DNA of 64,000 nucleotides from Eubacteriales bacterium (lineage in GTDB: Bacteria; Bacillota; Clostridia; Oscillospirales; CAG-272), in contig JAZRUG010000032.1 of the NCBI GenBank assembly GCA_045652425.1, forward strand, positions 111,858 to 175,857. The letters run 5' to 3'. The notes below the pieces were generated by a model, which saw only the letters and a program-made list of their open reading frames with translations, did no database searches and had not been told where the DNA came from. The translations under genes and the position numbers were made by a program. Below are positions 57,154-64,000 of the stretch, one piece after another (the first letter of the stretch is position 1; the number at the start of each line of letters is the position of its first letter).

Positions 57154-58887
57154 TTACTTATTATTACAAGTTTCAAATATGTTCTCTTTCTCCAATGTTC
57201 TATAATCAACTTTACCAATATCAGTTAAAGGCAGTTTATCTATAGAAAAAAATTCTACAGCCGTATCTCGGGGGGGCAACTTCTTATCACAATGCTCCTT
57301 GATATCATTGAGCACATTTTCATCGTTTTTATAGTCATCTTTTAACACAACAAACACTATCGGCCATTGCCCGCTTGTGTGCTCTTTGTCCTTTCTGCCA
57401 ACTACCGCACAAGTTTCAACAGCATTATGTTCCAAAATAACATTCTCGATTGCTACCGGAAATACGTTGTGTCCATCAGGGCGGATAATCATACGCTTCA
57501 ATCTTCCCTTGATATAGATAAAGCCGTCTTCATCCATATATCCGATATCGTTTGAATGAATCCATACATTCCCATCGGAATGCTTTTTTAAAACCTTTTT
57601 TGTTTCTTCATCATTTGCCATATATCCAACCATCATAGCCGGAGTAGATATGCATATTTCTCCTTCTTGATTGTAAGATAACTCATTGTCAGTGCCCGGT
57701 TCAAAAACAGACACTATTGTTTTACAATGTGGAACCCCCACACTACCAATTTTATTGACATTTCCATGGCAAGCCACAGCGGCAGAACCTACTTCTGTCA
57801 TTCCATATCCTTTCGCAATATTGTATTTGTTATTATGCGATTTAAGGAATTCGTTTATCTCATTTTCCATTTTAATATTAAATGCATCACCGCCTGCGCC
57901 AGCACTCTCTAGAAACGATAAATCATAGCCTTCCATTTTCTTTGATTTTGAAAGTTTCTCGTAATGTGTTGGTACACCAAGAAAATGAGCGGGTTTGTAT
58001 TTAATAATTAAATCATCGAATTCATCTGGATTAAATACAGGTATTAATACGTTGTTTAACCCTAAAACCAAGGGCATATGTATACCGCAAGTGATACCAT
58101 ATGCAATAAACGGAGGCATAATGTCAAGGAAGTTTTGCTTTCGGTTATAATTTGCTCCTAACAAACGATACTGCATTGCGATTATGTTAAGCGTATCATT
58201 CGATAACATTGCCCCTTTAGGTACACCAGTGGTTCCTCCAGTATATACGATTGTTGCAACATTATTCTTTTGATATGAAATAGTTTTAATTGTTCTTTGA
58301 GCACCCGATTTGATAAATTGTTTCCAATCAACGACTGCTGAAAATTTTGGGCTTTTGTTTTTCAGTGAATAACCCATTCTCATAAAGACGGGTAACGAGT
58401 CTTTAGGAGAAAGATTAATAATGTTTCCATTAAAGCCCAACTCTCTAAGTTTTATTATCTTGGGGATACACTTATCAATTGCGAGTATGCATTTTGTTTT
58501 GGAATTTTCGATATAAGTTTTTATACGTTCAAGATTCGTGCGTGGATCTATCATATTAGAAATAGCACCTAAACGATTAAGAGCATATACTGAATAAATA
58601 ACTTCTGGAATAGTGACGGAACATATAGCAACTACATCGCCATCTTTTATGCCTGCACTGGCAAAAGCCTTAGCGGTTTTGTCAATGTTTTCAAATAATA
58701 CTTCATATGTAATTTTCTTTCCATAGTAAATGAGCGCAACATCGTCAAGGTGATCTTTGTTGTTTTCCCAAAGGTACTCATAAATAGTATGTTCAGGCAG
58801 TTTAGCATTGATAGCCTCTTCTGTGTAATACTTCAACCAAGGTTTATCAATAGAAGGGTGGCCTGTAAGTTTTTGTTCTGTGTTCAT
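57154..58887 (-). CDS. Class I adenylate-forming enzyme (acyl-CoA ligase-like)
   Basis: YTGGTTGVPKG, GYGMTE, DIGYMD..GRLKR and PLTDIGKVD motifs. Confidence 0.92.
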   Translation of the reverse strand: MNTEQKLTGHPSIDKPWLKYYTEEAINAKLPEHTIYEYLWENNKDHLDDVALIYYGKKITYEVLFENIDKTAKAFASAGIKDGDVVAICSVTIPEVIYSVYALNRLGAISNMIDPRTNLERIKTYIENSKTKCILAIDKCIPKIIKLRELGFNGNIINLSPKDSLPVFMRMGYSLKNKSPKFSAVVDWKQFIKSGAQRTIKTISYQKNNVATIVYTGGTTGVPKGAMLSNDTLNIIAMQYRLLGANYNRKQNFLDIMPPFIAYGITCGIHMPLVLGLNNVLIPVFNPDEFDDLIIKYKPAHFLGVPTHYEKLSKSKKMEGYDLSFLESAGAGGDAFNIKMENEINEFLKSHNNKYNIAKGYGMTEVGSAAVACHGNVNKIGSVGVPHCKTIVSVFEPGTDNELSYNQEGEICISTPAMMVGYMANDEETKKVLKKHSDGNVWIHSNDIGYMDEDGFIYIKGRLKRMIIRPDGHNVFPVAIENVILEHNAVETCAVVGRKDKEHTSGQWPIVFVVLKDDYKNDENVLNDIKEHCDKKLPPRDTAVEFFSIDKLPLTDIGKVDYRTLEKENIFETCNNK

Positions 58888-58908
58888 AAATTATCTCCTT
58901 TTTGACCA

Positions 58909-59081
58909 TTATCAAAAGGTACACCTTTTGATAATGGTCTCGTTTAATACGTTGGATGAAAAATCTGTAACTTTTTTCGAAATTTTGTCGCATTGAATGG
59001 CTAAATCACTTGAATTTTTTGCATTTTTATGATATACCTATCTAAATAATTATGCCTATCAAAAGGTGTACCTTATGATAG
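58909..59081. promoter_or_regulatory. Putative invertible promoter flanked by 26-bp serine-invertase sites
   Basis: TTATCAAAAGGT-AC-ACCTTTTGATAA (58909-58934) and CTATCAAAAGGT-GT-ACCTTATGATAG (59056-59081), with complementary central dinucleotides. Internal TTGAAT-17-TATACC with extended TG. Confidence 0.72.
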
Positions 59082-59089
59082 TTACTGCT

Positions 59090-59719
<630 letters not shown>

Positions 59720-59935
59720 CTAAAAATATTTTACCTTAGAGTTGTGTAAAATTCCTTATCAGGTAACAATATGGATTGCATTTGGGGCTCTTTTCAAAAA
59801 AACAATAATCATACAACTATTAATTTTCGTCACAAAAAAATTACGCATAATATGAATTTATAATCCATATATGTATTGACCGTACGCTTTGTTTGTGTTA
59901 TAATATCAATATACGAAAAAGCGAGGTGTGTTTTA

Positions 59936-60304
59936 ATGACGAAAATTATTGGTAAAAGGCTGAGAGAACTGCGTGTGGAAAACCGCTACTCTCAGCAGCA
60001 GATCGCAGAAATGTGTGGATTGACACAAGCGACCATCGGCAGATACGAGCAAGGACTTGTTGATGTTGCATTGGACAAGCTATTTTGGTACGCAGAACAT
60101 TTTGAGGTATCTTTGGACTACATCTTCGGAAGAACCGATGATCCCAAGGGTCATCTGTACGATAAAGACGAGCCGTCCTTGCCCTCTGATGCAAGTATCA
60201 ATGACTTTATTGAGTTCTGCTTTGATCCTACTTCACCTGCCAACGCCAAGCTGAAAAAGATGCTTGTACAGTTAATGGAGGATAGCAAAAGACGAGAGCA
60301 GTAA
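59936..60304 (+). CDS. XRE-family HTH transcriptional regulator
   Basis: RLRELR..SQQQIAE..TQATIGRYEQG..VSLDYIFGRTD. GAGGTG RBS and a TTGACC-17-TATAAT promoter at 59876-59904. Confidence 0.92.
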   Translation: MTKIIGKRLRELRVENRYSQQQIAEMCGLTQATIGRYEQGLVDVALDKLFWYAEHFEVSLDYIFGRTDDPKGHLYDKDEPSLPSDASINDFIEFCFDPTSPANAKLKKMLVQLMEDSKRREQ

Positions 60305-61197
60305 TTTACGCTCGATATTCATCGGACAATCAGCGTGAAGAGAGTATAGACGGGCAACTTCGTGAATGTATGGAATTTGCCAAATACAACGAAATGACTG
60401 TTGTTAATACATATATTGACCGCGCACTGTCTGCCAAACCAGATAATCGTCCTGAGTTTCAGCGAATGATAAAGGATAGCTACAAATGCAACTTTGATGT
60501 AGTTATCGTTTGGAAGTTAGACCGCTTTGCACGTAATCGCTATGACTCAGCACACTACAAAGCACTTCTAAAAAAGAATCGCGTGCGTGTGGTGTCTGCT
60601 AAAGAAACTATTTCTGAAGGCGCAGAGGGCATTCTGTTGGAATCCTTACTTGAAGGCTACGCAGAATACTACTCCGTAGAACTTGCCGAAAAAGTCAAAC
60701 GAGGACTTACAGAAAACGCTCTGAAAGGTGTTTGGAACGGCGGTACGGTTCCTTTCGGTTATGTCGTCAACAAGCAAACTCAGAAGTTGGAGATCAACCC
60801 ACTTGCCGCAGAGGTTGTCCGTGAAATCTTTGATATGGCTTATGATGGCAAGACAGTCAAAGAGATTCATCGTTATTTAGAAGAAAAGAATGTCACACGT
60901 TCTAACGGAAAACCGCTCCGCTATAATGCAGTACGCTATATTCTCTCCAATCGCACGTACATAGGCGAATACAATCATTCGGGTGTATTAATTGAAGATG
61001 GGGTTCCCGCAATCATTGAAAAGGATCGTTTTGAAAGGGTTCAAAGTGAATTGAAAAAGAACTCCAAGGCACCGGCACGACACACAGCAGACGATGATTA
61101 TCTTCTCACAATGAAATTGTTCTGCGGTAAATGCGGGGCAATGATGGTAGCACAGGCAGGCACAAGCCACACAGGATATGTGTGTTTCTGCCGGTAA
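60292..61197 (+). pseudogene. Large serine recombinase; ACG at the start position and C-terminally truncated
   Basis: In-frame (ACG)RAVIYARYSSDNQREESIDGQ upstream of the tracked ORF, then DRFAR and the recombinase domain. Stops just after the first CGKCG of the Zn ribbon. Confidence 0.85.
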
Positions 61198-61240
61198 TTC
61201 AATGCTTTTTAATCAAGTCCGTTATGAACACCCGCACCAC

Positions 61241-61287
61241 CGGCAGTGCCGGCTCCCAATCTCGGGTGTCGTTACTGCCGTTTTTTT
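61241..61287 (+). terminator. Terminator directly after the attR-like sequence
   Basis: CGGCAGTG...TTACTGCCG followed by T7. Confidence 0.75.
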
Positions 61288-61330
61288 ATTTATCACACGA
61301 GGGCGAAGTTCTGTATTGCCACTTGTACCA

Positions 61331-61371
61331 AATTAGAGAGGATATGGACAATGCCCATATCCTCTCTGATT
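61331..61371. repeat. REP-like palindrome, copy 2
   Basis: AGAGAGGATATGGAC-aat-GCCCATATCCTCTCT. Confidence 0.6.
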
Positions 61372-61417
61372 ATATTCAAAAAATAACCCCGACTTTCAAA
61401 GCCGAGGTTATAATTTT

Positions 61418-61822
61418 TTATTCAAACATCTTATCAATAAATGCAATCTTTATTGCTTTTTTGTTGTATGATGCCAATGCAAACAATGCAAATACTACTA
61501 CCTTCAAAACATAAAGCACTGAATCAAAGAAATTGAAAATCCTGTGGATTACGTCAATGTTAAAGTATACTGTAAATATCGAAATAAAACTTTCAATCAC
61601 ATTTATAATGTTAGGAATAAAGTTTATTACGATAGATGCAAGTGAAAATACCAACATTAATACAACCGTCTTAACAGCCACACCCTTCAAAAATTTGTCT
61701 TCCTCTGCAAAAAGTATGTAACCTGCCATTACAATTGCTGCTACGTATCCGCCCATCCAGCCGCCAAGAACCATTATTATAGCCATAAGCGCTACAGGCA
61801 ATCCAAGTTTTGTCTTTTCCAT
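61418..61822 (-). CDS. Hypothetical small membrane protein
   Basis: AAGGAG RBS and three to four hydrophobic segments. Confidence 0.75.
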   Translation of the reverse strand: MEKTKLGLPVALMAIIMVLGGWMGGYVAAIVMAGYILFAEEDKFLKGVAVKTVVLMLVFSLASIVINFIPNIINVIESFISIFTVYFNIDVIHRIFNFFDSVLYVLKVVVFALFALASYNKKAIKIAFIDKMFE

Positions 61823-61858
61823 AAATGTCTTTCTCCTTTTTATATTTAAATTAATATT

Positions 61859-63760
61859 TTAAAATCTGCTAAGTATATTCGCCGTAACTATATCACACCA
61901 ATAATGCAAGTGATTCAAAGCTAAACCGTCCTTTTCGGGTAAATACGGAATTCTCTCAACTTCAAGTTCCGGTATAGACTCCGTCTTGCCCGAAATATAG
62001 TCAAGCAATACCGTTCTAATTGTCTTTGCTCTCTGAATAAGTCCACCAAAACGGATATCTATAACTTCAAAACCGCAAGGTCTGTTATATTTATCCCACT
62101 GCGCTTTGTTAGCTATATAGTACTTTTCATATCTCTTAACAAGCTCGGGTAATACTACATCTGCATATTCCTGCAACGCCTCTTTATCCTTTGCATCATA
62201 AGCCTTCTTAATATTTACACCGAGTGCCGCCTTAATCTTAAGTACCGAACAAAGCGCTGAAAGAGTCTTAAAGAACTCTTCGTACCCCTTATTTCTCTTG
62301 CCGAGCTTCTTCATATACTCTTCCCGCTCTGCAAAGTGCTTCTCTATTCCCTCGGGAATATGACAATCGTACTTGCCATTAAGAATATCCTGATAAAGCA
62401 TATACTTGTAAGGATTTGCAATATCTTTTGCAAAGTTATCTCTTGAGGGAACATTGTTAACCTGTTCCATTTCAAGAAAATCTTTATAAGATGCGCCCGT
62501 ACACGTCTTCATTCTTATTTCAGCATATTCGTCTGTTGTGTTTCCACTCCAACATGCCTCTGCATATATCTGAAGTGTCGGCAATGTTGCAAAATGAGGA
62601 CATTCGGAACCGTCATCGCCCCACATTGTTATCCAAGCCTCTTTACAACCCTTGTTTATACAACAGTCAGTTGCTGCCCTCGCAGATTCAACGGAGAATG
62701 CGTTAAGGGGTACAACACCGTACCAGCACACAGCACCACCGGCAAAGCCCGTTTCATTATTCTTGAAGCAAGCGTGCAGGTCGAACATATGGTTATATCT
62801 GTTTCTGTCTATTGAGTAGTAATCCCAGTAAAGAAGCTTCAAACCTTCAGGCACAAGCGAAACTATATCCTCGGGTATGATTTCTAAATCTTTTCTGTAA
62901 TATCCCCCCGTAGAGTTAAGAGCAGGAACCATTCTGAAGAACATATCGCTCCAAATCATAGGCTCAAGCCCTCTCGCCTTGCATTTGTTTACAACGTTTT
63001 CAAGGTGCTTTTTCATTATCTCGGAACGAGGAGTATAGCCGTTCTTTTGCATATATGTACCGCAACCGAGCAAGAAAGCTTCATCCATACCCAAATTTAT
63101 CTTTCTTGAACGGAAATTATTAGCACAAGTATCAAGCATATCATCTATAAGCTTTTCTACCTTTTCATCGCCGACCAAGAGAATACCGTCAACGTCACGA
63201 AGCGGTGCCATAGTCGCGTTAAGGAATAATGTTCTGAGATGCGCCAAAGTCTGTATACAAGGCACAAGCTCTATTCCCATAAGATTGGCATAATCGTCAA
63301 TCTCTTTTATTTCTTCCTTCGTATATCTGCCTCTCATATAGCCAAAATACGGCTGTGCTTCAATCTCATAAGTATCTTCGGTATAAAGCATCATAGCATT
63401 CAAGCCCATCAATGCATTTATGCGTATCCACTCTTTCAAAGACTTTACGGTAAGCATTGCGTTTCTTGAACAGTCAGGCATCGTTCCAAGATAGTTAAAT
63501 TTTGGAGTTTCTTCTATATCAAGAGTCTTTTTCTTTAAATTTTCAACAAGGAGACCTACCGCTCTCATAAGAGATATTCTTGTGGAAAATTCAATAGTAT
63601 ACCCTTTTGAATCTTTGCTTATCTTAAGTCCTTCAGGTCTTCTTTTCAACATAACAGGTGTTCCTGAAGCATCGTCAACGGTATTAAGCTTCGGAAGTAT
63701 TTCATTAATCGCCTTCATTTCAGGCGAAGTCTTATCAGTCAAAAAATAAAGTTTATTCAT
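61859..63760 (-). CDS. Beta-N-acetylhexosaminidase (GH20)
   Basis: DCSRNA, LYTEDTY, PCIQTLAH, NLGMDEA (catalytic DE), WSDM and TMWGDDG motifs. Confidence 0.9.
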   Translation of the reverse strand: MNKLYFLTDKTSPEMKAINEILPKLNTVDDASGTPVMLKRRPEGLKISKDSKGYTIEFSTRISLMRAVGLLVENLKKKTLDIEETPKFNYLGTMPDCSRNAMLTVKSLKEWIRINALMGLNAMMLYTEDTYEIEAQPYFGYMRGRYTKEEIKEIDDYANLMGIELVPCIQTLAHLRTLFLNATMAPLRDVDGILLVGDEKVEKLIDDMLDTCANNFRSRKINLGMDEAFLLGCGTYMQKNGYTPRSEIMKKHLENVVNKCKARGLEPMIWSDMFFRMVPALNSTGGYYRKDLEIIPEDIVSLVPEGLKLLYWDYYSIDRNRYNHMFDLHACFKNNETGFAGGAVCWYGVVPLNAFSVESARAATDCCINKGCKEAWITMWGDDGSECPHFATLPTLQIYAEACWSGNTTDEYAEIRMKTCTGASYKDFLEMEQVNNVPSRDNFAKDIANPYKYMLYQDILNGKYDCHIPEGIEKHFAEREEYMKKLGKRNKGYEEFFKTLSALCSVLKIKAALGVNIKKAYDAKDKEALQEYADVVLPELVKRYEKYYIANKAQWDKYNRPCGFEVIDIRFGGLIQRAKTIRTVLLDYISGKTESIPELEVERIPYLPEKDGLALNHLHYWCDIVTANILSRF

Positions 63761-63937
63761 ACTCTCTTTACCTTTCCATATGTCCCCTTTGAGTTAATAT
63801 GATTATAACATTTTGCAATTAAAAAGTCAACCAAAACAATGGGTTTTGAGAAATAAAAGCAATATATGGTTACAAAACAAATATACAAAATGCAACAAAT
63901 GGCCATATGCTCTCATACGCCGCACAAAAACATAATC

Positions 63938-64000
63938 ATAACCACCGGCTAAGCCGGTGGTTTGCACAGGCGTATAACGCCATATTACTGGCGGGGCTGA
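63938..64000. mobile_element. Possible end of an IS200/IS605-family element (runs off the window)
   Basis: Perfect hairpin AACCACCGGC-taa-GCCGGTGGTT plus a second small hairpin GGCGT-ata-ACGCC. No transposase inside the window. Confidence 0.5.

Noticed and set aside
58904-58939. Palindrome as a simple terminator
   Set aside because: It has a 2-nt centre, no downstream U-tract in the gene direction, and a matching second copy with an inverted core, which fits a recombination site better.

Overview
Chromosomal segment of a low-GC Firmicute (gene content and order point to Clostridia). About 1-47 kb is mostly housekeeping. It holds the glycogen genes (glgC partial, glgB, malQ), PBP1A, dnaE-whiA-rapZ-murB, the nusB-xseAB-ispA-tlyA-nadK-argR-recN block, a full shikimate/pheA operon, a Na+-pumping decarboxylase operon, a BlaI/BlaR1-like pair, birA, tRNA-Leu(CAA), an internally deleted aspA, and asd under a T-box. 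A tandem triplication of deacetylase-like genes follows. The most unusual part is a ~7.8 kb island inserted at the 3' end of tRNA-Leu(CAG) (about 53408-61239), with three recombinases. (i) An intact tyrosine recombinase lies downstream of a ~1.25 kb almost non-coding, hairpin-rich region that has its own promoter and terminator and clustered TATCATYTCRAAA repeats. (ii) A Hin-like serine recombinase sits beside a ~150 bp promoter segment flanked by inverted 26-bp hix-like sites, a probable phase switch for an acyl-CoA ligase and a PASTA/DUF1292-like gene. (iii) A large serine recombinase is decayed. Next to tRNA-Leu(CAA) there is also a symmetric 170-bp ladder of ATGAAAT/ATTTCAT boxes and mini-hairpins that I cannot assign to a known element. 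All family calls come from motif recognition by eye; no searches were run.
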